Virus record (IMG/VR): IMGVR_UViG_3300009418_002352
Coordinates: 1 to 57,345 of that record
Strand: one strand, 5' to 3'
Source: a virus
Taxonomy: Duplodnaviria; Caudoviricetes
DNA length: 57,345 bases
Position 1 is the first letter of the stretch, and the number at the start of each line of letters is the position of its first letter. Under the pieces are notes generated by a model. The model was given only the letters and a program-made list of their open reading frames with translations, was not told where the DNA came from and did not search any database. A program made the translations under genes and the position numbers. Shown in pieces: positions 1 through 10,689 of this stretch.

Positions 1-282
1 CGATATGCGTCGCTATCTGATAATCAGCGTGTCGTTTCCATCAATCCGCCTGCTGCTACTACGAATTCCGGAATTCGTAATTGGTTCAAAACTATCACTA
101 GTCCGGAAAACGTAACACATCAGGTAGTTATGAAAACCGAAACCACAATGGATTTGGATAAATTGACGGAAATCGTCGGCGTTGATTTCAAAAAGGACAA
201 AAACGGTCATAGCCTATCCCATGTAGGAAAACAGAATCTGTTGAAATCCAAAAATTGGACGTGGGAAAACGACCATGAATAA
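1..282 (+). CDS. 5'-truncated hypothetical protein (not in ORF track)
   Basis: Frame 1 open from base 1 to TAA 280-282 (RYASLSDNQRVV...KSKNWTWENDHE), followed by a strong hairpin. Confidence 0.65.
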   Translation, partial: RYASLSDNQRVVSINPPAATTNSGIRNWFKTITSPENVTHQVVMKTETTMDLDKLTEIVGVDFKKDKNGHSLSHVGKQNLLKSKNWTWENDHE

Positions 283-315
283 CGAATAAACTCCGAAATC
301 CGTCACCTAGGGCAC

Positions 316-359
316 GGGGTGGAAATAGAACGAAAGTTCTGTTTCCACCCCAACATTTT
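316..359 (+). terminator. Hairpin, probable intrinsic terminator
   Basis: GGGGTGGAAATAGAAC-GAAA-GTTCTGTTTCCACCCC: 16-bp stem with one U-G pair and a GNRA loop, then AACATTTT. Confidence 0.7.
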
Positions 360-431
360 GCCAGCAGGCAGGAACTTTTTCCAGGAGATGAAGTTTTTCT
401 CACTTACTTTAATAGGCGAAATCTAAACATT

Positions 432-803
432 ATGTTAACTAGAACAAGAGAGGAAGATGTGAATACTTACAAACCACCAATGCGTTGCTCAGAATGTCAG
501 ACTATCTTATACAGAATAGAATCAAATAGTGGTGTATGGTTTCGCTGTAGCCATTGTGAGATTTACTATCAAATGAAACACAAACCAAGAATCACTACCA
601 CAAACACTCAAGACCCCGTATGCGACAGCTGTCTAGATGCTATCTGGCATGACGATACTGGCCTGATGGAAGATATGGAACAGGAAGTTGTTTCTATAGC
701 TTGCCGAGAGATGGGCGATATGGTAGCAGACCACATTTGCGATACCGTGGAACCCGATTCAGGAAGGAAGGAATGTCTATGCGCTTGCCAGTCTACCAGT
801 TAA
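432..803 (+). CDS. Cys-rich (zinc-ribbon) hypothetical protein
   Basis: CxxC pairs CSEC, CSHC, CDSC and C-terminal CLCAC. Confidence 0.6.
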   Translation: MLTRTREEDVNTYKPPMRCSECQTILYRIESNSGVWFRCSHCEIYYQMKHKPRITTTNTQDPVCDSCLDAIWHDDTGLMEDMEQEVVSIACREMGDMVADHICDTVEPDSGRKECLCACQSTS

Positions 804-844
804 GCTGGTACTGAAGAGATCTAAAATAAAGGAAGGTAAATCAA

Positions 845-3800
845 ATGGAGAAATCAATTATTTTACGTCATGTCTTTAATGCATTTAGCTCATTATCAGA
901 TACACAAGAATTCCTTTTTGACATAAATGAAGAAAGTGAAAGCCTAAATATGGCAAAAGAGGATTTATATAAAATATTAATTGAAGAGGAAGAGGAGTTA
1001 ATTAAAGTGATGATAGATTATATTAAGGAGTAGAAAAATAGGAAAGAAAATACATATAATTAAGTTTCAAACTAACATTAACGTACTAAGTCAACAAGAT
1101 TATTTTATTAAGTACCCACATAAATCTTACTCTGTTGATTACTATAGAGAGGACATGTTAAGAAGAGTATGTTATTTTGCGTCCCAGTTCACAGTAACTT
1201 GTACTGTTAATGCGACCCACATCTTATTTGGAATAGCCCAATCTGGAAGAGGAGTTGTTGTATGCAAAGAGTGTGCTGACAAGGCACATGGATTAATGCC
1301 AGATTCTACATTTATAGAAGAAAGAGAAAAAATAACTCCAGTGAGGTTTTAATGCCTAACTACTTTCAATTCAAGGATAAAGACGGAGAGCCAATTAAAA
1401 TATCCAAATTGGACGATGACCTGCGAGAATTAATAGGCGCAGAACCAGATGAAGATAGATGCCATCCTGCTTTTGGCTATCTTCAAATGGCTGCTGCTGT
1501 TGGATGGTCAATAGACAAGATGGTTGAGGAGGCTAAAAACGAAGCACATCACATGGCTCTATGGATGAAAGATCAAGGATATACAGTCGATGCATGGTAC
1601 ATGAGAAGATAATGATTCAGATTCGTTGTCCAAGAGAGGACGAAGGTGAAGCCAAATGAAAGAGAAATATAATCAATGGAACCTAGATGACTCATTGACA
1701 TTAGAAGAGAAACGTGTACAATTAAGGAGGTATTTGTCCAAAATTTATAGGCGGGAAATCAAGGAGAACGAAGTTAACAGATGTTTATCTCAATTAGAGC
1801 ATAAACAAAGGACAGGTCTTATACGTTGAAAATGGTTAGTATTAGAGAAGATTACTCTGGTTATATTATCACTCAGTGTATGCCATTACATGAGTGGATT
1901 GAAGGACAAATCGCTTACTATGATGAACAATGGCAAAGACAAGATTTCACTGAAAAGGAATGGGAGGAAATAAACAACGAATTAATCACCGAGTTATACA
2001 ATGCTAACACATTAGAAGTAGGACAAAGAACACAATTTGGAGACAAGGAGGCAGACTTATATTTGTTTCGTTTGATAGATGATACATATTGGGATACTTG
2101 GTTACAAAGATTGGAGATTAAAAGATGACTGATCTCAAGTTTACAGAGCCTATTACATATACATGTAGTGGATGCGATAAGAAAGTTACAACAAAATCCT
2201 TGCCTAAAGATTATCAAGTTTACTGTGCAAACACAAGACAGAAAGAACAAATTCTGTTGGAGATTTAACAATGAAAACAATGACAGAAATAAGAAATATA
2301 CGCGAGCAAAGGTCTAAAGATTCTTCAATATTTAATAAACGTTTAGACCTTTTAGCACACCTTGCTCCAGTATTAGACAAAATACCAGATGAGATTTTCT
2401 CTAAACAATTATTGTATCCAAGCAAAATAAAGTTAGTCGCATTTTATGGTTCTCACACAGATTTAGAAGTTAGAGAATTAAATGCGATAGTCAGGTCTGC
2501 TCTTCATGTTAGAAGAACAGATAAAGCAATGGGTTCTGATGGTGAAATGGTATGGACTACAGAAACTGAAGATATCATAGCAATAGTTTATGGAGGTGAT
2601 ATACCAGCAAATTGCAAACTTATATCTAAAGAGATATCTCACACAGTATATACAATGGAGTGCAAATGAAAAGAACATTAAAGTGGTATCAAAGATTAGA
2701 AATTAGAGGTTAAATATGGACATAATCTTAAAAGAGTCAATAACTTACATATGTGGAGGTTGCGAAGAAAAGGTTAACGTTAAAAAGTTAATCCCAAGAG
2801 ACTGGAAAACATACTGTGCAATAACAAGACAGAAAGAATTAATTCTACCAGAAGATTGGAAGATATTGAGACTATATGGATTTTTAAAGTGGAGGAAAGC
2901 AAGTGACTAATTCAGAAAAAGAAAGACATTTAGAAATGATGAAGTATCCAGTTTTATGGCCTCATGATATTCTTCCATTAAAAAGAAGAACTAAGGAAAC
3001 TTGGCCTGAGCCTGGATTTCTTGTAGATAATAGGCCAATTATTTACAAGGCAAACATCTTTGAACTACCTGATACTCTCAAAGAGATAGAAAGAGAAGAA
3101 TTCAATTCACATGAAGAACTAATGGAGGCAGGATGGGAAATAGACTAAAAAGATGTGGTGGTGCTGTTGTGTTCAACAAAAGTTCAAATGGAGTCAATAA
3201 AAGAATTTGTACAAGATGTGGATATGGTTACTCTTCTCGAAAAAGAGCTAATTGTACAAGAATAATAGGATAATGTTAAAAGGATACACTCTTAGATGTC
3301 CAGAATGTGGAAGTAAGAATACTTTCTTTGCTATATCACTGCTCTATTCACGTGGTTCTTGGTATTGCATAGATTGTGAGACTTACTTTAATATAGTTAC
3401 ACAGACAATTCAAGAAGAACTCAATGAAATTAATGAAATCCTCAACAAATTAAAGGAATAATATGGTATCACAAATCAAAGTCGATAAATTAATAGAGAA
3501 TTTCACAAATCCTACAGAAGTAATAATGCCATTAGTTAAATGGTATTCTTTATTTTATGGAGTATCATATATAGAATCAATAAAGTCTATACGTTCTGCT
3601 CTCCAGTCTATGAAAAAAGATGAAGAGTTATTTAATAGAACATATCCATGAGAGAGTACTTAATATTTAAGGTAAAGATTGACAATGAAGTTTATATAGA
3701 TGCTTATAGGATAGACGATAAGCCTATAGATTGGATTCCTTTCTGGCAACTAGATAAGTTCGCATATGTATGCTCTCCTTCTAGAATAGAAGCTAAGAGA

Positions 3801-3893
3801 GCAGCATGGGTAAATTGGATTTCATCAAGCTTAAATGGATTTGATGAGTGGCACAAAAGAGCAATGAACAAGAAAGAGAGTAACGTAATATAA
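845..3893 (+). other. Run of about 13 small co-oriented early-type hypothetical ORFs (845-1033, 1155-1352, 1352-1612, 1826-2128, 2125-2268, 2271-2669, 2716-2910, 2903-3148, 3252-3461, 3463-3651, 3648-3893 and others)
   Basis: Closely packed or overlapping ORFs, several with SD-like motifs and CxxC motifs. Confidence 0.7.
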
Positions 3894-3908
3894 ACAAGGG
3901 ATGAAGAT

Positions 3909-4733
3909 GTGGAGATAATAGGTAATGAAGACTTTATTAGAATTGTTGAGCTATCAAAACACAATCAACCGTTTCCTCATACTCTAATTTATGGCCCATC
4001 TGGAGCAGGAAAGACAACATTAGCAAAGTATATTGCAAGTGCAGTTAATACTCCAAACTATAATAACCTTTATGCTCCAGACTTAGAAAAAATAGTCTTG
4101 TCTATGATATTGAGTCAAGTTCAAGAGAATAGCTTAGTAGTCATAGACGAGATTCATGCACTCAAGAAAGGACTTGTTGAACAGATTTATCAACCTATCG
4201 AAGAATTCATATATGGAGGTGAAGCAATAAATCCCTTCACTTTAATAGGGATTACAACAGACTTAAATATGCTTCCAGATGCTTTAATTAGGAGGTTTAG
4301 ATTAGTATATCGAGTTACTCTTTATACTATTCCTCAATTATATCAAGTAGTTGAAAGTATATCAACTGGAGATTGGTCTAGTGAAGCAATAGAATCAGTA
4401 GCTACATTTTCAAGAGGAAGTCCAGGATTAGCTCGAAATCATGTTGAGTTAATCCAAACCATGTTTAAAGAACCAATTGATGAAGCAGAAATAACTGAAT
4501 ATATGCGTTTAAAGCATATAGATACACTAGGTTTAGAGGAGGTTGATAGAGAATATATGAGAGTAGTAGGTAGATTTGATGCACTTGCTTTATCTACCTT
4601 ATCTTCAATGCTATCAGAGAGGGAAAAAACTATTGAAGAAAACATAGAACCATTTCTGTTTCGTTGTGGATTCGTAATGAAAACAAGTAAAGGTAGAGTC
4701 TTAACACCAATAGGAAAGAGTTATATACGATGA
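3909..4733 (+). CDS. ruvB: RuvB-like Holliday junction branch-migration ATPase
   Basis: HTLIYGPSGAGKTTLA, VIDEIHAL, PFTLIGITT, RRF, SRGSPG, GLEEVDREY, IEENIEPFL, TSKGRVLT follow the RuvB layout. Confidence 0.85.
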   Translation: MEIIGNEDFIRIVELSKHNQPFPHTLIYGPSGAGKTTLAKYIASAVNTPNYNNLYAPDLEKIVLSMILSQVQENSLVVIDEIHALKKGLVEQIYQPIEEFIYGGEAINPFTLIGITTDLNMLPDALIRRFRLVYRVTLYTIPQLYQVVESISTGDWSSEAIESVATFSRGSPGLARNHVELIQTMFKEPIDEAEITEYMRLKHIDTLGLEEVDREYMRVVGRFDALALSTLSSMLSEREKTIEENIEPFLFRCGFVMKTSKGRVLTPIGKSYIR

Positions 4734-5017
4734 GTACTGAAGATAATACAGATATAAACAATTCAAAAACTCTAAGAGGAAGGTTTTATGAATTTGCAAT
4801 AGATAAATATGAAGGAAGATATTGGAACTCTAACGGGTATGGATGTGCCGTTGTAGCTTCAATAGGATACGGAGGAGATTGGTCTGCATATATTGGTGGA
4901 TGCGACCCAAAAAGCGAAGAAGTAGGATTAAAATTTATTGCTGAACATGGTTCAAAGCTTACAGAGAAGGATACTAGATATTTCTTTCCAAATCTTGATT
5001 TACCATATAGGAGATAA
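4730..5017 (+). CDS. Hypothetical phage protein
   Basis: ATGA overlap with ruvB; DWSAYIG...HGSKL...FFP...PYRR. Confidence 0.7.
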   Translation: MSTEDNTDINNSKTLRGRFYEFAIDKYEGRYWNSNGYGCAVVASIGYGGDWSAYIGGCDPKSEEVGLKFIAEHGSKLTEKDTRYFFPNLDLPYRR

Positions 5018-5019
5018 CT

Positions 5020-5419
5020 GTGGTTACAAAACAAGAAAGAAACATCAAAAAATTAGTTACTTCTGCTATATCTGAAAAGCTAGAGAAGATAGCACCAATA
5101 TTTTCAGATGGAAATTTATATGAGGTAGAAACTAAACAAGTAGATGAAAATGAAATTCAATTAAAGATCAAAACAGATGAGGGAATAAATTATTATCTAA
5201 GTCTTAAAATCACAGCACCTTGGAGTTGAAATGATACCTCAATCAGCAATTAGTAAAGATGGTACAAGAGTTAGTAGGAGGAAATTAAGGTTATCTTTAG
5301 GTGGAAGGAGAGGAAGAAAAGCAAACACAAAATCTAATATAGTACAACTTAGACCAAAAATTAAGTTGAATAATCTAGTTCAAGAAGCATTAAAATCAGG
5401 ATACATAATAGGAAGTTAA
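5020..5419 (+). CDS. Two small hypothetical ORFs (5020-5229, 5231-5419)
   Basis: Adjacent co-oriented ORFs; second is very basic. Confidence 0.55.
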
Positions 5420-5632
5420 ATGGAATGTCCTGAGTGTTATAGAGAGCTAGAACCATTAGACGGATTACAAGACAGACAATTTCAAGAGTGTTCTAGTAAA
5501 CTAAAGTATAGGTTTACTAAACTTGCAATGACTACGAGTAATATTCATGAAAGAGCAACCTAAGAAAGGAGATATATTTTATTTCCAAGCAGAGGTAATT
5601 CATGTAAAATACAAGAAAGATTACATAGAGGT

Positions 5633-5666
5633 TAGACTGAGAGAGAAATACTCTCAGTCTAGTTTT
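5633..5666 (+). terminator. Probable intrinsic terminator
   Basis: TAGACTGAGAG-7 nt-CTCTCAGTCTA followed by GTTTT. Confidence 0.65.
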
Positions 5667-5697
5667 AATCTAAAGTACTATCAACAGGAGCTTACTA

Positions 5698-5922
5698 ATG
5701 ATAACATTAGATCAAATTAGAGAACTCTCACATGGATATATAATTCACGATCAAAGGTGTAGGAATTGGAGAGTAAATGGTAAAACTAAATGGTGGAAAC
5801 GTAGTCCAAGTAGAGTATCAGTGCCATTAAAGTATGGACTCTACAATTATTCATACCTTAATAATAGGACACAAGAAGATTTTCATCTAATATCAGAAGA
5901 AAATTGCAAGAAGGAGGTGTAG
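5698..5922 (+). CDS. Hypothetical phage protein
   Basis: AGGAG SD; WRVNGKTKWWKRSPSRVSVPLKYGLY. Confidence 0.65.
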   Translation: MITLDQIRELSHGYIIHDQRCRNWRVNGKTKWWKRSPSRVSVPLKYGLYNYSYLNNRTQEDFHLISEENCKKEV

Positions 5923-5995
5923 ATGTTTTTTGAGGTGTTTCTTTTTTAAAAATTTTAAATTTTGCTCTTAGTTAATAGCGATTTTTGGAGGTAAA

Positions 5996-7513
5996 ATGGA
6001 GACTATAGGTAAAATATCAGAGATGGTTAAAGCTGGATTTCCATGCTTCTATATTTACACAGAAGATGAGGTATCTGTAAAGAGACAATTAGAAATGCTA
6101 TCAAAGTCATTTGAAAGAGCAGTATTTGGAATAGAATACTGGACTGTTAATACAGGAGAATTACAAGAATTTTTGGAATCAATCTCTAAACAAGAAAAGC
6201 CAGCATTCTGGATAATGACAAATGTGCATTTCTATTTAGAGCAACCTGGGGTAATTCAAGCGATCAAGGATGGACTGTTAAAATGGAAGAATCAACAACA
6301 CAAAGTATTCTTTCTAGAAAATGATAAGAAAATACCACCTGAGATTAATAGAAATATCACGTATATAGAGTTTGATCTGCCTAATGAAGAAGAACTATCA
6401 AGTGAGGTACGATTTATTGAAGAATCTGCTCAAGAAGATGGTTTGTACTTAAATACAACTGATGAAGAAATATCAACTTTAGCAAAATCTGCATTAGGAC
6501 TTACTACTCAGCAGGCACAAGATGCATTTTCCTTGTCATTAGTGCGTAGTAGAACACTATCTCCTGGTGTAGTTACAGAGGTGAAAGCAGCAGAATATTT
6601 AAAGTCAGGATTACTTGAACTAGAACAACCAGTGCCTATAGAAGGTTTACAAGGATATGATAATTTAAAAGAATGGATTTATGATATCAAGGATGGTTTC
6701 TTCGGAGAGTCTAAGTTTGGGTTGCCAGCACCAAAAGGAGTACTTTTACTTGGTCCTCCTGGTGTAGGAAAGACAATTGCATCTAGAGCCTTTGCATCTA
6801 TCTTTAATCTTATGTTGTTAAAATGTGATTTGGGGAAAGTTTTTGGCATGTATGTAGGTGACTCTGAACGTAATTTCAGAACACTTATTAATATTGCCGA
6901 GAGAATGTCACCTATAGTAATGAGAATAGATGAAATTGAAAAGCAACTTTCAGGTTCAGGTGGAGCTTTAGATGGAGGTGTATCAACAAAGGTATTAGGT
7001 GGGTTGTTAACTTGGATGCAGGAATCTACTTCACCTGTCTTTCGAATAGCTACTGCTAATAGAGTAGAAAGTCTACCTCCAGAACTACTACGAAAAGGAA
7101 GATTTGATGAAATATTCTTCCTAGACTTGCCAGATGAAGATGAAAGACTATCTATATTTGATTACCACTTAACTAAAAGAGTAAAAGAGATAAATTGGAC
7201 TGTCCATTTTAATCACTCTAATTGTCAAGATTTACTAAATATGACAAAAGGTTGGTCTGGAGCAGAGATTGAACAGGTTGTAATTCAATCATTAAGAAAA
7301 CACGAAAAAGTAGTAATAAGTGGACATGAAATTATGTATACTGTTGAGTCTGAAGCAGAAAAGACTGTACCATTGTCAGTGATTAGAAAGGAGGATATAG
7401 ATAAAATAAGAAATTGGGCTGTAGATAATGGATGCCGTATGGCAAGTGAAAACAAAGAACTACAACAAAGACAAGAACAAAATAGAAATGGTAGAAGGAT
7501 AATGATAAATTGA
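5996..7513 (+). CDS. Ycf46-like AAA+ ATPase
   Basis: Degenerate N-terminal AAA domain plus PKGVLLLGPPGVGKT, YVGDSE, IDEIEK, ATAN, LPPELLRKGRFDEIFFLDLP, C-terminal VPLS...IRNWA. Confidence 0.85.
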   Translation: METIGKISEMVKAGFPCFYIYTEDEVSVKRQLEMLSKSFERAVFGIEYWTVNTGELQEFLESISKQEKPAFWIMTNVHFYLEQPGVIQAIKDGLLKWKNQQHKVFFLENDKKIPPEINRNITYIEFDLPNEEELSSEVRFIEESAQEDGLYLNTTDEEISTLAKSALGLTTQQAQDAFSLSLVRSRTLSPGVVTEVKAAEYLKSGLLELEQPVPIEGLQGYDNLKEWIYDIKDGFFGESKFGLPAPKGVLLLGPPGVGKTIASRAFASIFNLMLLKCDLGKVFGMYVGDSERNFRTLINIAERMSPIVMRIDEIEKQLSGSGGALDGGVSTKVLGGLLTWMQESTSPVFRIATANRVESLPPELLRKGRFDEIFFLDLPDEDERLSIFDYHLTKRVKEINWTVHFNHSNCQDLLNMTKGWSGAEIEQVVIQSLRKHEKVVISGHEIMYTVESEAEKTVPLSVIRKEDIDKIRNWAVDNGCRMASENKELQQRQEQNRNGRRIMIN

Positions 7514-7724
7514 TAACTCAGAAAATACAAAGTAGAGTGGATAAATACATAGTAGAGAATTACGCAGCAGCTATCAAAGTTGGAATCCTTTGGAGGGTAG
7601 CAAGATGAGCCCAAAAATACTGCAAGAGTTAATAGATTATTTTCAAAATATTGTAGAGATACAACATCACGAAGATACTCTAGAACATAGCTTTTTATTA
7701 GAATTGATATCATACCAGAAAACT

Positions 7725-7753
7725 TTGACAAGCTAACAAGAATCCACTATAAT
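7725..7753 (+). promoter_or_regulatory. Consensus sigma70/sigmaA promoter
   Basis: TTGACA-17 nt-TATAAT, exact match. Confidence 0.8.
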
Positions 7754-8004
7754 TGATGGGTGGAGGTGGGGGACGGGAGGCCTAGCAGGGATTCAATTAA
7801 TTTTAGGAGCAGAAAGATGAATTGGTCAGATATTAAAGTAGGACATGACTATATAGTTAAAGAAGGAGTGGATTAGATATGGATATTGTGAGCATGGTAA
7901 ACCGGAGGTGGTCTACACAAACTATAACAACACACCTATAAAGTATATATTTGATATTTGCAAAATACATAGAACTAGAGAATGTAGTAAAGGAAAGGAG
8001 TATC

Positions 8005-8940
8005 ATGGCATTGAAAGAACAGGAAACTCAAACTAAAAAATCTATTTTCATAGATGGAGTACTATTTGACTTAGATAGTTATTGGTGGAAGGGATTTGTT
8101 CAACTAGAGGCAGAAGATATTGAAGTAATAAAAGCAGAGGTTCCTGATGTAGTACAACTAGGCAGAGTTAGACTACTTAAACATGCAGCTTTTCAAGACT
8201 TTCAGTTAATTGAATCTAAGGCAAGACTTGCAGTAGATAAGTTTAGCTATCCATTTATGATATCTACTGTACGCTTTGTTCCTTATACTGTACTACCAGA
8301 TTTGATGGATGTACTAGAAGGTCTAAGAAAGGCATTCTTGGTATATGTAGATGACTTTATTTTTCGATATGAGAGTAATAGAAATGATTATCTACTCCAG
8401 TATGAAAAGTTATCAGAGCGTATTAGAGACAGATATCCAGATGTAATGTCATTACGCTCTAGATTCTACTTTGGTTGGACATTCTTTGAAATGGCTATGC
8501 CAGAAGGTATTAGAGCAGAACTAACAGAGGATTTAAAGTTAGACAGACTTAAAAATGCATGGGATGATAGTCAAAGAGAAGTGTCTCGTCGTCTTGACAA
8601 ATGGGTAGATGATGTTGGTGCTGCTATGAGGAAGGAAATCTTAAATACCTGTAAATCTATGAAGGATTCATTGGATGAAGGTAAAGTAATACGTGAATCT
8701 ACCTTGGATAGAGCACGAGAGACTGTTCGTAGATTACGAAGTATGAATTTTATAGGAGATATTCAGGTTGAGGAGATGGTTAATGACTTATCTAAATCAC
8801 TCCCTGGTAACTCTGAACGTGATATTCCAGCAGTAGCACTTGCTTTCAAAGGTAGTCTAGAAAGCATAGTTAAAGAAGCTGGAGATTTATCAGACATTAG
8901 TGAATCTACTGGAGAGTATAAGAGAAGGTTTATACTATAA
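8005..8940 (+). CDS. DUF3150-like helical protein
   Basis: AAGGAG SD before ATG 8005; size, RFVP and YP...LRSRF motifs and proximity to the AAA ATPase. Confidence 0.55.
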   Translation: MALKEQETQTKKSIFIDGVLFDLDSYWWKGFVQLEAEDIEVIKAEVPDVVQLGRVRLLKHAAFQDFQLIESKARLAVDKFSYPFMISTVRFVPYTVLPDLMDVLEGLRKAFLVYVDDFIFRYESNRNDYLLQYEKLSERIRDRYPDVMSLRSRFYFGWTFFEMAMPEGIRAELTEDLKLDRLKNAWDDSQREVSRRLDKWVDDVGAAMRKEILNTCKSMKDSLDEGKVIRESTLDRARETVRRLRSMNFIGDIQVEEMVNDLSKSLPGNSERDIPAVALAFKGSLESIVKEAGDLSDISESTGEYKRRFIL

Positions 8941-8973
8941 TTTAAATTAAGTATAAGAGAGGATATTACGGCA

Positions 8974-9786
8974 ATGACAGAAGAGACAGGATTCAAAACT
9001 GAGCTTATTTTGGTGACTCCAGAGTTAGCTCAAGTATGGTTAGATACCATGCTCAAAAATAGAAGGGTATCTAAGATGACTGTAGATGATTATGCATTAA
9101 GTATAATGTGTGATGAATGGAGAAGAACAGCAGATTTTATTAAATTTGATGAAGACAATCATCTAGTTGATGGACAACACAGATTACTAGGAGTTATTAA
9201 AGCAGAAAAAGCTCAATATTTTGATGTGGCTTATAATTTATCTAGAGACGTTCAACAGTTTCTTGATATTGGGAGAAAGCGTACTGTTGGAGATACCTTA
9301 TCAATGGATGCTATCCAATATCCAAGTCAAACTTCAGCAGCATTAAGATATCTGAACAGTTATAAAGGTGATAATCCAAATTTCTCATCTGAATCGAAAA
9401 ACAAGATCAGTAATAGGCAAATATTGGAGTTATTTCAACTACATGGAGGTATTGAAAGAAGTGCTAGGATAATTATGTCCTTAAACTTTATACGTAAGTA
9501 CACTAGAGCAAGTATTTCAATTGCATGTCACTACTTAATGTCTATATCTAACTCAAATAAGAATGATGTATTTTGGGATAATCTAGAGAAAGGTGTAAAT
9601 TTAAGTAATATAAGTCCAATACTTTGTTTACGTGAAAGATTAATAGATAATAGAATATCTAAATCATCATTACCTCCAGAAACTATGGGAGCATTAATAT
9701 TAAAGTCATGGAAAGCCTTTAAAGATGATAAACAAATGAGGGTATTAAAATACAATAAAGGCGAGTCCTTCCCAATAGATATTTAA
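8974..9786 (+). CDS. ParB/Srx-fold protein (DGQHR motif)
   Basis: VTPELAQVWL..NRRVS, IKFDEDNHLVDGQHRL, LDIGRKRTVGD. Confidence 0.75.
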   Translation: MTEETGFKTELILVTPELAQVWLDTMLKNRRVSKMTVDDYALSIMCDEWRRTADFIKFDEDNHLVDGQHRLLGVIKAEKAQYFDVAYNLSRDVQQFLDIGRKRTVGDTLSMDAIQYPSQTSAALRYLNSYKGDNPNFSSESKNKISNRQILELFQLHGGIERSARIIMSLNFIRKYTRASISIACHYLMSISNSNKNDVFWDNLEKGVNLSNISPILCLRERLIDNRISKSSLPPETMGALILKSWKAFKDDKQMRVLKYNKGESFPIDI

Positions 9787-9799
9787 AAGGAGTAAATAA

Positions 9800-10057
9800 A
9801 TGCCTTGTTATTTGCGCGGCAGAGTACTAGTAACAGATGAAGAATTATTAATTAAAGAGGCATCAAAAGTAGGAATTGTTCTTGATAGAATAGGTGCTAG
9901 GGAATGGACTCAATTAGCAAGAGAAGGTAAGATTAATACTAAAGAAGTACTACGTAACTACAGTATTACTAAGGTCAAACTAGCAGCACAAAAGAAAGGT
10001 TGGAAGAGTTCAGTTAAACAAGAGGGCGATAAAATTGTAATTACTTTGAGGGAATAA
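9800..10057 (+). CDS. DUF1257/Ycf35-like small protein
   Basis: DEELL near N-terminus; C-terminal Y...VKLAAQKKGW...EGDKIVITL pattern; AAA neighbourhood. Confidence 0.55.
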   Translation: MPCYLRGRVLVTDEELLIKEASKVGIVLDRIGAREWTQLAREGKINTKEVLRNYSITKVKLAAQKKGWKSSVKQEGDKIVITLRE

Positions 10058-10187
10058 TGGATGATGTTATGATACGTTGTAGGAGTTTAAATAAATCATG
10101 GCCTAAAAGACAATGTAAAAGGGAAGGTAAATATTTAAGAGAAAAGAATTGGTATTGTGAACAACATATACCAGAAAGGATAAGAAA

Positions 10188-10454
10188 ATGGAGCAGACTA
10201 TAGATTGTAAAGGATATGTATGTGGAAAGTTTCCACCTGAAGAATGCGTCTGCAAAACAAGAAACGTAGAAGTTAGATTAGAAGAACTTAGGGCAGAATT
10301 AATTAACGTAGTCAGAATGACTGATGAAGTTACTAAGTACTTCATTGACCAGTTAATTGACGAGATACTTGAAATTAAAAATTTGGTGGAGAAATTTGAT
10401 GGCGAACAGGAATCAATCAGAAAAGATACACAGGAAGCAGATAAAGAGGAATAA
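10188..10454 (+). CDS. Hypothetical protein
   Basis: Cys-rich N-terminus and acidic helical C-terminus. Confidence 0.55.
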   Translation: MEQTIDCKGYVCGKFPPEECVCKTRNVEVRLEELRAELINVVRMTDEVTKYFIDQLIDEILEIKNLVEKFDGEQESIRKDTQEADKEE

Positions 10455-10689
10455 AAAACATAATAAAGAAGTAGACAGGTTAATTCATGAAGGTAAGTTT
10501 GAATTTAAACTAAGGAAGCGGTAATATGTCTGCTCACTTTGAAGTATCATATGCAAAAGTAGGAGACCAAATACCTAATCTTGGAACTCATATAATGAAG
10601 AGTCCAGCAGAGGATAGACTACACAAAACAGTTCTAACATTATCTGAAGAAGCTTTCAAAGAATATGTTATAGCAACTACGGAGAAGTA

